From an uncultured Chloroflexia bacterium (GTDB lineage: Bacteria; Chloroflexota; Limnocylindria; Limnocylindrales; CSP1-4), in contig CAVZTA010000013.1 in the NCBI GenBank assembly GCA_963778025.1, positions 27,811 through 91,810 of the forward strand: a DNA stretch of 64,000 nt, read 5' to 3'. Shown in pieces: positions 12,158 through 26,372 of the stretch. Every line of letters begins with the position of its first letter. Positions within the stretch are counted from its first letter, which is position 1. A model generated the notes under the pieces. The model did no database searches. It saw only the letters and a list, made by a program, of their open reading frames with translations, and was not told where the DNA came from. A program made the position numbers and the translations under genes.

Positions 12158-13812
12158 ATGTCCGTAGGGGGTGTCCGATCGGAGCCGCTCCCGCGTCGCC
12201 CGCGACGGTCGACGCGCTGGTCGCCGCTGCGCGCCCGCGTCGCGCACGGGACGCGGACCGATGCCTCTCGCCGGCTGGCGATCCGCGCGACCGGGGTCGG
12301 GGCCGCGGCACTGGCCGTCGGGCTGGTATCTGGGACCCGAGGACGGGCTGATCCCGGTGCTCGTGCTGGCGGGCCTCGGCGGATGTCTCGGGATCCGACG
12401 CGCGCGCGAGGTCTGGGCGCGACGGACGGTGGGCCGCTGGATCCGCCGCTCGGTGGGCGAGACGCCGGTGTCGCTCGGGACGTGGCGGGTCGCGGGGAGT
12501 GGCTACTGGCTGCGTCCCGCAGCGGATGGATCCGTGGCGCCGCCGGCACCTGCGGCGAGCGGCGGCGTGCCTCCGTCGGTCGCGTCGGGACCCGCCCCGT
12601 GGCCGATGACGCCTCCGGCGGCGCTTGCGGGGTGGCCTGCGGCGGCCGGCTCGGCGGCCGCGGCGCCGCCATCGGGGTTCGTTCCGCAGCCCGTCGCCCC
12701 ACTCGCGGTCGCGACGACCACGTTCGCCGCGCCGACGACGTCCGTCGCCCCGCCGGTCGCGCCGCCAGCCCTCGCGCCGCCCGCACCGGTGTCTGCGGGC
12801 TCGCCGGCCCGGGATCCCGCGAGCGCCGATGGGCCCATCTTCCCGTGGGCGCCGCCACGCGAACCGACGCCGGGATCGACGACCGGCGTGGGCACCCGCG
12901 GTCCCCGCGTCGTGGCCCGGCGCCGTCCAGCCCGGACCGGCCGGCCCGGCGTGGGGCCAGCCAGCGACCGGCTGGCCGTCGACCGCGTGGCCCGCGACCA
13001 CATCCGCGGGCGCGAGTGTCAGGCACGGGCCGCTGTGGGGGCCCGCGGCGGTCGGGCCGACGCCGGCCCCAGACGCGCCATCACCGGGCGGCCGGTGGCC
13101 CGTCGCTGGGAACCCTGGCGGGGCCTGGGTCACGGCGCCGGTCGGGTCGACACCCGCGGCACCCGCCTGGTCCGCGACGCCTCCGGCCGAGACCCCCGTG
13201 CCCGGCTGGCCGACGACCCGCGTGGCGCCGCCGTGGCTCCAGGGCGGTCGTCCCGCATCGCCGTGGATCGCGACCAGCGCGGGGCTCGGCTGGCGCCCAC
13301 CGAGCTCGGGTGTCGGGCCGTTCCAGCCCGGCGACGACGTGGAGCTGCTCGCGACGAGTGCCTGGATCTGGATCGCCGGGGTGCGCGTGGAGCGCTATGC
13401 GCGAGGGGCGACCCTCGAGATGATCGGCCAGGACGGCCTGGCGATCACGGACGGTCAGGCCGCCCTGCGCCGCTGGGTGACGCTCGTCCCGGATCAGGAC
13501 GATGCGGTGCCGTGGGCGATGAGCCAGCTGACGGCGTCGCCGATGGCGGCCGGACCGAACGACCTCCCCGTGCGGGCCGATGCGGGCGGCGTCGCCGGGC
13601 GCGCGATCATCGAGCCGACGCCGGCCCCGTCGGATGAGCCCACCAGCCCGCTGCCGGCCCTGGAGCCGAACCCGGCTCCTGGGACGCCGGTCGCGGCGCC
13701 AGCACCCGCCATCGAGGCGCCGTCGGATGGCGCTACGCCCGATGGTCCCGTCCGTCGCGCGGCGCCGCGCTGGGACGATCCCCGGTCCGTCACCGACGAC
13801 GGCCGGCGCTGA
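12158..13812 (+). CDS. Hypothetical membrane-anchored Pro/Ala/Trp-rich protein (at least two frameshifts; start uncertain)
   Basis: Consecutive plausible segments in three frames: hydrophobic N-region, long P/A/W low-complexity tract, globular segment GPFQPGDDVELL...RRWVTLVP. Confidence 0.5.
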
Positions 13813-13860
13813 CCGGCCGCTGACGGCCCGGGACCGCGCCGACGCGCTCGGCGCGAAGGA

Positions 13861-15106
13861 TCAGGCGACGGCGGCGGCAGCACCGCGGCGCGTGGCAGCG
13901 GCGGGGCGAGCCACCGCCGGCGCGAGCGGCGCGACCGGCGACAGTCGGGCTGGTTCCGCGCCCGGGTGGAGGAGATGGTCGAGGAAGATCGCCGACCAGA
14001 GCATCGCCTCCTCGCCGATCATGATCTTCCTCGGGCTGATCCAGCAGTTCCCCTCATGGTCGAGGACCTCCCAGAAGGTGCCGTCCCGCTCGATCCACTC
14101 GACGTAGCGGACCGTCTGCACCTTGGCGTCGGTCGGATCGACCTCGCGCAGGAGCTGCAGGTACATCGACCCGAGGCTCGTCCAGACCGTGCTGCCCTGG
14201 TAGTCGGGCAGGACGTGGCGCGTGAGCCACACCTCGATCTCCGGGCGACGCCGCGTCTCGTAGCGCAGCGGATACGGGTCGGTGTAGCCATCGCGCCGCA
14301 GCGTGTCGAACGCCGTGGCCATGACGTCGCGGTCCTCGACCACGCCGTTCCAGAACGGCCACAGGTTCGCCTCGCCGCTGGAGGTGTCGTCCGCGCCAAG
14401 CGCATCGATGAACCGGTCGCCCCGCCAGAAGTGGCGCATGAGGAGGCTGTCCCAGCCGTCCTTGAAGTGACGCTCGAGCGGGTTGGACACCCAGCCGGTC
14501 TCGGCGAGCGTCTTCGCAAGCAGCGCGACCATCGCGTTGCCATAGGCGTTCGAGCGGTTGGTGACCGTGTCGCGATGGGCGCTGAACTTGCGATCCGCAC
14601 GGACGAGTCCGGTCGACGCGATCGACGACGCGGTCGGCGAACCAGATGACCTCGTCGTCGAGCCAGCGCTTGTGCTCCAGCACGAGGTCGGTCGCGTTGG
14701 CGGCGCGAAGGGCCGCCACCAGGAGCGGCAGCGAGTCGACCCCGTAGTCGTAGACGTCTGCCGGCCAGTCGAGCTTGTGGATGGTCGTCGTGACGTGGCT
14801 CTTCCGCCGCTCCCAGGTCTCGAGCGCCCACGCGAGCGACGCGTGGAGCCGGTCGCGGTGCTCGGGCGAGATGCGGGCGAGGGACGTCGACGAGAAGCAC
14901 AGGTCGCGCGTCCAGAACATGTGGAAGTGCCCGGGCGACGCGGTGTACGAGCGGCCGTTCCAGGTGCGGTCGATCGAGGCGCGGATGATCGCCTCGGCCC
15001 CGCCGTCATGACGCGTGTGGCCGCGCAACCCGCGTCGCGCGCGGATGCCCGCGTTCTGCGTGTACTCGGCAAGGATCGCGGGGTGGAGCCACAGGCGGAT
15101 CGACAT
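13861..15106 (-). CDS. Six-hairpin (alpha/alpha)6 glycosidase-like protein; frameshift near 14610
   Basis: FWTRD motif, D-S-L-P, Y.NAM, DYQGSTVW and terminal LWSA motifs resemble GH15/63/100/133-type enzymes. Confidence 0.6.
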
Positions 15107-15257
15107 GCCGACATGGTCGCGGACGCCCGTCGCGGTGGCGACCGGTCGATGGGTGAACGCGACTAGCACTATCGGACCACCCCGGACCACATCAGCCGGG
15201 GATAGGAGGGGCGGCGGCGCGGGAGGGGGATCGCGCCGCCGCAGGGAAAGCGAGGGA

Positions 15258-15771
15258 TCAGGCGACGGCTTCGGCGAGCTGGGCCTCCTCGGCCTCCTCG
15301 GCGTCCTCGAGCTCCTCCTCGTCCGTCCCGTCGTCGATGCCCGCGGCGATCGCGAAGCCGGCAGTCGTCGGGGATGGGCTCGCTGGCCGGGATCTCGCCC
15401 AGCCGGAGTGCCTGCGCCTCGAGCGAGATGGCCGCGGTCTCGGCCGCGTAGTCCTTCTTGCGCCGGCCGGACAGCATCTCGACCGCGACCGCGACGATCT
15501 CGGTCTTCCAGTGGCGACGGCTCTGGTCGTCGTCCCAGCTCCGTGTCTGGAGGCGCCCCTCGATCGCGACCTGCTGGCCCTTGCCGAGATAGCGGCCGCA
15601 GGTCTCCGCGAGCTTGTCCCAGGTGACGACGTTGTGGTACTCGCTGCGCTCCTTGCCATTGCCCAGGTACTCGTTCGTCGCGATCGAGAACGAGGTGACG
15701 TGCTTCCCGGAGCTCGTGCTCCGGAGCTCCGGGTCGCGGGTGAGACGCCCGGTGAGCAGGACGCGGTTCAT
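15258..15771 (-). CDS. ssb: Single-stranded DNA-binding protein with atypical acidic tail; frameshift near 15365
   Basis: MNRVLLTGRLTRDPELR, KGQQVAIEGRLQTRSW OB fold; GAAGGAG SD. Confidence 0.9.
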
Positions 15772-16128
15772 CGTCCGAACACTCCTTCCGATCGGCCGGC
15801 GGGGTCGCGATGGCGCGACGAGTCGAGACGGCCGACCCTGCGTGATCCGGCGGGATCGTCGACGGCGGGCGGGGATGGGGCGCCGGCCCCGGCGGTCGGG
15901 CCTGTGGTGGCTCGGCGGTCCTCGGCGGGATCGGCGAGGCCGGCGGTTCCGGCGGGCAGACGAACCCTAGCCACCGTCGCTTCGCTGGCGCTTATCCGGG
16001 AGTGCACCCGCCCTTATCGGCGCCCCGTCGGCGCCCGTCGCCGCGGCGTTGATGGGACCCACGGGAGCGGCGACCCCGTACCTCCGACCGCTCCTGACCC
16101 GACCCCGCCACCCGTTACGGTTCGGGAC

Positions 16129-17826
16129 GTGTTGCGACTCACGGGGGTCCTGGTCGTCGTGCCCGCGGCGATCGGGCTGGTCACGGCTGTCGCGTTCGGG
16201 ACGCTCGCGCCGGTCGTGGACGAGGCCGCGCGTCTGACGCTCGTCGCGGTCGCGGTGGGCGGCGTGGCGCTGTCGCTGGGCATGGCGTTCGCGTCGTTCG
16301 CCTTCGGCTGGCGCTTCTCCAGCCTCGTCAAGGCGGCCGAGCGGCTCGCCGCCGGCGACCTCCAGACGAGCGTCCACGGCAGTGGCCGAGGCTTCGGCGG
16401 ACGGCTGGCGAGGGCCCTCGGCGCGATCGCGTCGGCGCTTCGCGAGACCCACGAGTCCGCCACGACCGACAGGCTCACCGGCGTCTCCAACCGCCAGGCG
16501 CTCCTGGGCGCGCTGTTCACGGAGGTCGAGCGCGCGGCGCGCTATCAGCGGCCGTTCTCGGTCGCCTTCGTCGACATCGACCACTTCAAGGCGGTCAACG
16601 ACACCTACGGCCACGCGGTCGGCGACGTCGTGCTGCGGGGCGTCGCCCAGACCATCCGGACGAACCTCCGCGCCACGGACTCGATCGGTCGGTACGGCGG
16701 CGAGGAGTTCATGCTCCTGCTGACGGAGACGAGCCCCGAAGAGGCGACGGTCCTGACCGAGAAGCTGCGGGTCCTCGTCGCGCGCCAGCGGTTCCCGGTC
16801 GACGGGCACGAGCTGCAGGTGACGATCTCGATCGGCATCGCGGGCGGGCTGGGGTCGACGCTGCGGGTCGAGGCGCTGGTGCGGGATGCCGACGCCGCGA
16901 TGTACTCCGCGAAGTCGCTCGGCCGGAACCAGACCTACGTGTTCGCCGAGCCCGACGAGGATGCACGGGTCCCCCGGGCCCCGATCTCCGCGGCCGGGCG
17001 CGCGCGGGCGATGGAGCTGGGACGGCAAGCCCGGGAGGCGGCCGCTGCAGCGCTCCATTCGATCGTCGCACCGCTGCCGAACCACCGCGGGCAGCCGTCG
17101 CCGGTCGTCGCGTCGATCGTCGCGGCCATGGCGACGCAGCTGGACCTGCCCGAGAACGAGATCGACCGCATCCGGATCGCTGCGCTGCTCCACGATGTGG
17201 GCAAGGTCGCCGTCCCGGAAGAGATCCTCGAGAAGCCGGCGCCGCTCACGTCGGCCGAATGGCGCACGGTCGTGCAGCACCCGCGCATCGGCCAGGTCAT
17301 CCTCGAGCAGGCGGCAGCCCTCAAGGACGCCGCGCCGATCATCCTGCACCACCACGAGCGGTATTCCGGGCACGGATACCCGTTCGGCCTGCGCGGGAAC
17401 GACATCCCGTTGGGCGCGCGGATCGTGGGCATCGCGGACGCCTACGACGCGATGACCCGCGACCGGCCGTACAAGGCGGCGATGACCCACGACGCGGCTG
17501 TCAAGGAGCTGCGACGCCAGGCCGGGACGCAGTTCGACCCCGAGCTCGTCGGGCTGTTCTGCGAGCTCTACGCCGACGCCGCGCCCGAGCCCGACGCCTC
17601 GGTGGTCGCGATGAACGCGGCGATGGTGCCGCCGATCGTGCAGCCCCTGCTGGTGCCGAAGGCATCGCGTCCCCGGCGCGCCGACGAGGGCGGGCGGACG
17701 GCCGCGGCGCCGGTCGACGTGGCGGCATCCTTCGTGGACGAGCCGCCGTCGCCTGCCGACGGTGCCCCGAAGCGGCGGCGACGTCGCCCCGGCACGGTCG
17801 GCGACCAGGGGATGGCCGCCGGCTGA
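16129..17826 (+). CDS. Membrane-anchored HAMP-GGDEF-HD-GYP c-di-GMP signalling protein (start uncertain, about 16050-16130)
   Basis: Two TM helices, HAMP-like segment, DIDHFK-VNDTYGH, RATD I-site, GGEEF; LLHDVGK and HHERYSGHGYP. Confidence 0.9.
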   Translation: MLRLTGVLVVVPAAIGLVTAVAFGTLAPVVDEAARLTLVAVAVGGVALSLGMAFASFAFGWRFSSLVKAAERLAAGDLQTSVHGSGRGFGGRLARALGAIASALRETHESATTDRLTGVSNRQALLGALFTEVERAARYQRPFSVAFVDIDHFKAVNDTYGHAVGDVVLRGVAQTIRTNLRATDSIGRYGGEEFMLLLTETSPEEATVLTEKLRVLVARQRFPVDGHELQVTISIGIAGGLGSTLRVEALVRDADAAMYSAKSLGRNQTYVFAEPDEDARVPRAPISAAGRARAMELGRQAREAAAAALHSIVAPLPNHRGQPSPVVASIVAAMATQLDLPENEIDRIRIAALLHDVGKVAVPEEILEKPAPLTSAEWRTVVQHPRIGQVILEQAAALKDAAPIILHHHERYSGHGYPFGLRGNDIPLGARIVGIADAYDAMTRDRPYKAAMTHDAAVKELRRQAGTQFDPELVGLFCELYADAAPEPDASVVAMNAAMVPPIVQPLLVPKASRPRRADEGGRTAAAPVDVAASFVDEPPSPADGAPKRRRRRPGTVGDQGMAAG

Positions 17827-17897
17827 TCGGGCGGCGACGTCGAGTCAGCCGACGCCCCGGGCGCGCGCCATGCCGCGCCGGCGGCCGCCATCGCCGC

Positions 17898-17906
17898 TGC
17901 TATACT
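17898..17906 (+). promoter_or_regulatory. Extended -10 promoter (TGnTATACT) for the pur operon
   Basis: TGCTATACT, an AT-rich island about 200 nt upstream of purA. Confidence 0.7.
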
Positions 17907-17911
17907 CGCCC

Positions 17912-18090
17912 GCGTCGTCGACCCCCGAGACCTAGCCCCGGGAGGCCCGCCATCGTTCGAGCTGGGAGCGCGTCGTCCGCCCCGTGAGACGGACTCGCAC
18001 CCCTGACCGACCGCTCCGCCGAAGCTCCGGTGGAGGACCGCGGGAGACGTGTAACCAGGACCCCGGCCGCAGGGCGCGGGGTCTTCGCAC
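17912..18090 (+). promoter_or_regulatory. Structured 5' leader of the pur operon (candidate riboswitch or attenuator)
   Basis: Several hairpins, mutually exclusive pairings and a terminal stem AGGACCCC/GGGGTCTT; no known family recognised. Confidence 0.45.
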
Positions 18091-18096
18091 GTCTGA

Positions 18097-20748
<2,652 letters not shown>

Positions 20749-20752
<4 letters not shown>

Positions 20753-22116
20753 TCCCGCGGTACACCCGCCCCGAGATGGGCGCGATCTGGACCGATGCGG
20801 CGCGGTTCGAGCGGATGCTCGACGTGGAGCTGGCCGTGACCCGAGCGCAGGCGCGCCGAGGCGTCGTGCCGGCCGGAGCGTTGGCGACCATCGAGGCACG
20901 CGCCCGCGTCGACCCCGAGCGCATCGCCGAGATCGAGCGCACGACCGACCACGACGTCATCGCGTTCGTCAGCCAGGTCGCCGAGAGCATCGGCCCGGAC
21001 GGCCGGTATCTCCACCTGGGGCTGACGAGCAGCGACGTCGTCGACACCGGTCTGGCCCTCCAGTTGCGCGCCGCGGGCGAGCTGCTGCTGCGAGACGCCG
21101 ATGCGCTCCTCGCCGTCCTCATCCGCCGCGCCCGCGAAGAGGCGAGCACGGTCCAGATGGGCCGGACGCACTCGGTCCACGCGGAGCCCACCACGTTCGG
21201 GCTCAAGCTGGCCGGCTGGGCGTTCGAGGTCGCGCGCGGGCGGGTCCGCCTCGCGCAGGCCACGACCGAGATCGCGACCGGCAAGATCTCCGGGCCGGTG
21301 GGCACGTACAGCCAGTTGCCACCGGAGGTCGAGGCGGAGGTGCTCGCGGAGCTCGGCCTGCAGGTCGATCCGGTGAGCACGCAGATCGTCCAGCGAGACC
21401 GGCACGCGGCGTTCGTCACGGCGATCGCGCTCCTGGGCGGCTCGCTGGAGCGGTTCGCGACCGAGATCCGGAACCTCCAGCACACCGAGATCGGGGAGGT
21501 GATGGAGCCCTTCCGCGCGGGCCAGAAGGGCAGCTCCGCGATGCCCCACAAGCGCAACCCGATCCGCTCCGAGCGCGTGGCCGGGCTGGCGCGGCTGCTG
21601 CGCGGCTATGCGCACACGGCGCTCGAGGACCAGCCGCTGTGGCACGAGCGCGACATCAGCCATTCCAGCGCCGAGCGCGTGATCCTGCCCGACGCGACGA
21701 TCGTGCTCGACTACCTGCTCGCGACGATGACGAGCCTGGTCGACGGCCTGGTGATCCGGCCGGAGCGGATGCGCGAGAACATCGAGCGGGGCCTGGGCCT
21801 CCACGCGAGCTCGAGGGTCCTGAGCGCCCTCGTCGAACAGGGCGGCCTGCCGCGCGAGGACGCCTATGCGCTCGTGCAGCGCAACGCCCTCCGCGCCGCC
21901 GACGAACGGCGGCCGCTCCAGGAGCTCCTCGTCGCCGACGTCGACGTCGCGGCGCTCCTGGCTCCCGACGACCTCGAGGCGTGTTTCGCCGACGACGCCT
22001 TCATCGCGCACGCCCCCGACATCATCGCGCGTCTCGACGCCCTCGAGGCGGAGCTGCTGGCACGCACGGCGCCGGCCATCGAAGCCACCCCGGAGACGGT
22101 CGATGTTGCGGGCTGA
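20749..22116 (+). CDS. purB: Adenylosuccinate lyase
   Basis: MIPRY start, HDVIAF, GRTHSVHA, GSSAMPHKRNP. Confidence 0.98.
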
Positions 22117-23023
22117 GGCGCTGTTCCTGGCGGCGGGCAAGGTCCGCGACCTGTATCGGCTCGACGAGTATCGACTGCTCCTCGTGGCCAGCGACCGCAT
22201 CAGTGCCTTCGATGTCGTCCTGCCCACGCCGATCCCGGACAAGGGCCGGATCCTGACCGGTCTGTCGCGGTTCTGGCTCCAGCAGACGGCGGACGTCGTC
22301 CCGAACCACCTGATCCACACGGATCCCGAAGCGCTGCCGCGCGATCTGATCGGCGAGCCAGGCGTCGTGGACGAGCTGCGCGGGCGGGTGATGATCTGTC
22401 GGCGAGCCGAGGTCCTGCCGGTCGAATGCGTCGTCCGCGGGTATCTCGCCGGCTCGGGCTGGAAGGAGTACCGGTCGACGGGCGAGATCTGCGGCATCGC
22501 GTTGCCGCCCGGACTGCAGGACGGCGATCGACTTCCCGCGCCGATCTTCACCCCCGCGACGAAGGCACCCCCCGGACAGCATGACGAGAACATCCCGTTC
22601 GCCCGGGTGGGATCGATGATCAGCCACGAGCTCGCGACCCGCGTCCGTCAGGTCTCGCTCGCGCTGTACGAGCGCGGCGCGGCCATCACCGAGCGCGCGG
22701 GGATCATCCTGGCCGACACGAAGTTCGAGTTCGGCGTGGACCCGCGCACCGAGGAGCTGTTGCTCATCGACGAGGTGCTCACGCCCGACAGCTCCCGGTT
22801 CTGGGACGCCGCCTCGTGGCAGCCCGGCGGGCCTCAGCCCAGCTACGACAAGCAGTTCGTCCGCGACTGGCTGGAAGCGCAGCCGTGGGCCAAGACCGCA
22901 CCCGGGCCGGCGCTCCCCGACGACATCGTGGCCGGCACGCGGGCCCGCTACGTCGAGGCGTTCGAGCGGATCACCGGCGCCAGCTTCGACCGCTACCTCC
23001 AGGAGGACGTCATCGCCCGATGA
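22103..23023 (+). CDS. purC: SAICAR synthetase
   Basis: [50 protein letters not shown]. Confidence 0.97.
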   Translation: MLRAEALFLAAGKVRDLYRLDEYRLLLVASDRISAFDVVLPTPIPDKGRILTGLSRFWLQQTADVVPNHLIHTDPEALPRDLIGEPGVVDELRGRVMICRRAEVLPVECVVRGYLAGSGWKEYRSTGEICGIALPPGLQDGDRLPAPIFTPATKAPPGQHDENIPFARVGSMISHELATRVRQVSLALYERGAAITERAGIILADTKFEFGVDPRTEELLLIDEVLTPDSSRFWDAASWQPGGPQPSYDKQFVRDWLEAQPWAKTAPGPALPDDIVAGTRARYVEAFERITGASFDRYLQEDVIAR

Positions 23024-23301
23024 GCACGCATCGCTTCGCCGTGAACGTGCTGCCCAAGGACGGGATCCTCGATCCGCAGGGTCGGGCCGTCGAACGCTCG
23101 CTGCCGCACCTGGGGGTCGACGGCGTGGCCGACGTGCGCGTGGGTCGGCGGGTCGAGCTCACCGTCGAGGCGGCCGACGAGGCGGCGGCGCGGGCGGTCG
23201 TCGAACGCCTGGCGAGCGAGCTGCTGAGCAACCCGCTCATCGAGCGGTTCGAGGTCCAGCCGCTGGCCGGTGCCAGCTCGCTCACCGGGGCGGCCCGGTG
23301 A
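23020..23301 (+). CDS. purS: FGAM synthase subunit PurS
   Basis: [16 protein letters not shown]; ATGA coupling. Confidence 0.95.
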   Translation: MSTHRFAVNVLPKDGILDPQGRAVERSLPHLGVDGVADVRVGRRVELTVEAADEAAARAVVERLASELLSNPLIERFEVQPLAGASSLTGAAR

Positions 23302-24042
23302 CCACCATCGGCATCGTCGTGTTCCCCGGGTCGAACCGGGATGTCGATGCCGTCAACGCCATCCGCGTCGCCGGCGCCGAGCCACGGATCCTGTGGCACG
23401 AGGATGTCGACCTTGCCGGGATCGACGGCGTGCTGCTGCCCGGCGGCTTCGCCTACGGCGACTACCTTCGAGCGGGCGTCATCGCGCGGTTCTCGCCCGT
23501 GATGCGCGCCGTGTCGGCGTACGCGGCGGCCGGCGGGCTCGTACTCGGGATCTGCAACGGCTTCCAGGTGCTGGCCGAGGCCGGGCTCGTGCCGGGCGCG
23601 CTGTTGCGCAATCGGGGCCTTCGATTCGTGTGCCGTCAGATCGCCATCGCACCGGAACGCCTGGACACGCCGTTCACGCACCTGGTGCCGCGAGCGCCGA
23701 CCGCTGCGGATGCCCGTCGCGCACGGCGAGGGCTGCTACTTCGCCGACGACGCGACGCTCGACGAGCTGGAGCGCGCCGGTCAGGTCCTCTTCCGCTACG
23801 TCACCGAGGACGGGCTCCCGGCACCCGACGGCGACCGCGCGAACCCCAATGGCTCGCTCCGGGCGATCGCCGGCGTGATGAACGCCCAGGGCAACGTCGC
23901 CGGGCTGATGCCGCATCCCGAGACCGCGGTCGAGCCCATCCTCGGCTCGGACGACGGCCTCCTGCTCATCCGGTCGTTCGTCGAGAGCGCCGGGGTCGTC
24001 GGTGCAGCCGCCCGCGAGCCGGCCGTCGTGGGCGCCCGATGA
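23298..24042 (+). CDS. purQ: FGAM synthase glutaminase subunit PurQ; frameshift near 23695
   Basis: [22 protein letters not shown]; shifted frame PVAHGEG, NPNGS, MPHPE. Confidence 0.95.
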
Positions 24043-26372
24043 CCGTGGCCGAGCGCGAGCCCGTCGCGACGCCGGTCGCCGCCGTGCCGCTCCATCGCGC
24101 GCTCGGCCTGACCGACGTCGAGCTTGACGCGATCCGCGAGAAGCTGGGCCGCGATCCGAACGACGTCGAGCTCGCGATGTTCAGCGTCATGTGGAGCGAG
24201 CATTGCTCGTACAAGAGCTCCAAGCCGCTCCTGCAGACGCTGCCGACGTCGGGCAAGCGCGTGGTCGCCGGTCCGGGCGAGCAGGCGGGCGTCGTCTCGA
24301 TCGGCGATGGGCTGGCCGTCGCGTTCAAGATCGAGAGCCACAACCACCCGAGCGCCGTCGAGCCGTACCAGGGTGCCGCGACCGGCGTGGGCGGCATCCT
24401 GCGCGACATCTTCGCCATGGGGGCGCGCCCGATCGCCGTCCTCGACGCGCTGCGCTTCGGCGACCCGTCCGATCCCCGGACCCGGCATCTCGTCGACGGC
24501 GTCGTCCGTGGCGTCGGCGGGTACGGCAACTGCGTCGGCGTCCCGACGGTCGGCGGGGAGCTCGTCTTCGATCCGTCGTACCAGGGGAATCCGTTGGTCA
24601 ACGTGATGGCCATCGGGCTCGTCGAGGAGCGGGGGCTGATGCGCGCGGCGGCCGAACGAGCTGGCGACCTGGTCGTGCTCTACGGCTCGACGACCGGTCG
24701 CGACGGTATCGGCGGTGCGAGCGTCCTCGCGTCGGCGACGTTCACCCACGACGATCCGTCCAAGCGCCCGTCGGTCCAGGTCGGGGACCCGTTCGCCGAG
24801 AAGCTCCTCATCGAGGCGACGCTGGAGCTGATCCACGGCGGGATCGTCGAGAGCGTCCAGGACCTGGGTGCCGCGGGCATCACGTGTGCCACCTCCGAGA
24901 CCGCCGATCGCGGCGGGATGGGCATGGCCCTCGACCTCGACTCGATCCCGCGGCGCGAGCCCGGCCTCGAGCCGTTCGAGGTGCTCATCTCCGAGTCGCA
25001 GGAGCGGATGCTCGCCATCGTCCGACCGGAGCGCTGGGCCGATGTGCGCGCCGTGTGCGACCGCTGGGACCTGCCGGTCGCGATCATCGGCCGTGTCACC
25101 GACGACGGGGACATCGCCGTGGCCGCGGGCGGCGTGGAGCTCGCGCGCGTCCCCGCGCGCGCCCTCGCGAGTGAGGCCGTGATCTTCGCGCGCGAAGCCC
25201 GGGCGCCCGCCCGCCGGCGCATGGCTCCCGCCCCGGGCGCGCCCGAGGAGCCCGTCGACACGCTCCCGGAGCGGGGCATGGATCCGGGCGCCGTGCTGCT
25301 GGGCCTCCTCGGGTCGCCGAACCTGGGGTCACGCGCCGTCGTGTACGAGCAGTACGACCACAACGTCCAGGCGAACACGGTCGCCGGTCCGGGTCGTGGC
25401 GCGGCGGTCATCCGCATCAAGGGCACGACGAAGGCGCTGGTCGCGACGACGGACGGCGACGCCCCGGTCGGGGCCCTCGATCCGTGGCTCGGCGCCGCGC
25501 GTTCCGTCGCCGAGGCGGCCCGCAACGTCTCGATCACGGGTGCGACGCCGCTGGGCGTCACGGACTGCCTCAACTTCGGGGATCCGACGCGCCCCGAGGC
25601 GTTCTGGCAGCTCCAGGAGGCGGTTCGCGGCCTCGGCGACGCCTGCCGTGCCCTCGACCTCCCGGTCACCGGGGGCAACGTCTCGCTCTACAACGAGGCG
25701 CCCGGCTCCGCCATCGCGCCCACGCCCGAGATCGGCGTCGTCGGGCTGCTGGAGGACGTCGCGAAGCTCCGTGGTCCCGCGTTCACCGCCGACGGCGACG
25801 CGGTGCTGCTGGTGGGGACGACCGTGCCCGGGCTCGCCGGGTCCGAGTACGCGCGCATCGCGGGCACCGCCGCGGAGGACCTTCCGCCGGCGATCGATCT
25901 GGAACGGGAAGCCGCCGTCCAGCGGTTCATCCGCGACGCGATCGACCGCGGGCTCGTCGAGGCGGTCCAGGACATCTCGGGTGGCGGCCTCGCCGTCGCG
26001 CTCGCGGAGATGGCGATCTGGGGCGGCCGCGGGGCATCGATCCGGGTACCGGTGGGCGACTCGCCTGCGGTCGAGCTGTTCGGCGAAGGTGCCTCGCGGC
26101 TCATCTGCCAGGTCCAGCCGCGGCACGTCCCGGCATGCATCCTGCTCGCCCGCGAGTACGGCCTGCCCGGTGAGGAGCTCGGCACGACCGGCGGGGACCG
26201 CCTGACGATCGAGCTCACGGGCGCGGGCGCGACCGGTGCCGCCGAGGAACGCGGCAGCCGCGTCGCCGATGCGGTCGACGTGCCCGTCGCCAACCTGCGG
26301 CACGCGTGGGACCACGGCCTCCCGCGCGCGCTCGGATGGGATGACGTCGACGGCCCGGAGGACGTGCGCTGA
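24039..26372 (+). CDS. purL: FGAM synthase subunit PurL
   Basis: [47 protein letters not shown]. Confidence 0.98.
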   Translation: MTVAEREPVATPVAAVPLHRALGLTDVELDAIREKLGRDPNDVELAMFSVMWSEHCSYKSSKPLLQTLPTSGKRVVAGPGEQAGVVSIGDGLAVAFKIESHNHPSAVEPYQGAATGVGGILRDIFAMGARPIAVLDALRFGDPSDPRTRHLVDGVVRGVGGYGNCVGVPTVGGELVFDPSYQGNPLVNVMAIGLVEERGLMRAAAERAGDLVVLYGSTTGRDGIGGASVLASATFTHDDPSKRPSVQVGDPFAEKLLIEATLELIHGGIVESVQDLGAAGITCATSETADRGGMGMALDLDSIPRREPGLEPFEVLISESQERMLAIVRPERWADVRAVCDRWDLPVAIIGRVTDDGDIAVAAGGVELARVPARALASEAVIFAREARAPARRRMAPAPGAPEEPVDTLPERGMDPGAVLLGLLGSPNLGSRAVVYEQYDHNVQANTVAGPGRGAAVIRIKGTTKALVATTDGDAPVGALDPWLGAARSVAEAARNVSITGATPLGVTDCLNFGDPTRPEAFWQLQEAVRGLGDACRALDLPVTGGNVSLYNEAPGSAIAPTPEIGVVGLLEDVAKLRGPAFTADGDAVLLVGTTVPGLAGSEYARIAGTAAEDLPPAIDLEREAAVQRFIRDAIDRGLVEAVQDISGGGLAVALAEMAIWGGRGASIRVPVGDSPAVELFGEGASRLICQVQPRHVPACILLAREYGLPGEELGTTGGDRLTIELTGAGATGAAEERGSRVADAVDVPVANLRHAWDHGLPRALGWDDVDGPEDVR

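Noticed and set aside
17912-18090. Glycine, ZTP (pfl), PRPP or guanine riboswitch; 6S RNA
   Set aside because: Only short fragments (CGCCGAAG, GCGGGAGA, AGCCCCGGGAGG) resemble these, in the wrong order or without the rest of the core.
23298-26372. Apparent 1024-aa PurQ-PurL fusion
   Set aside because: The PurQ C-half (AHGEG, NPNGS, MPHPE) is in another frame ending at an ATGA overlap with purL, so the fusion is a frameshift artefact.
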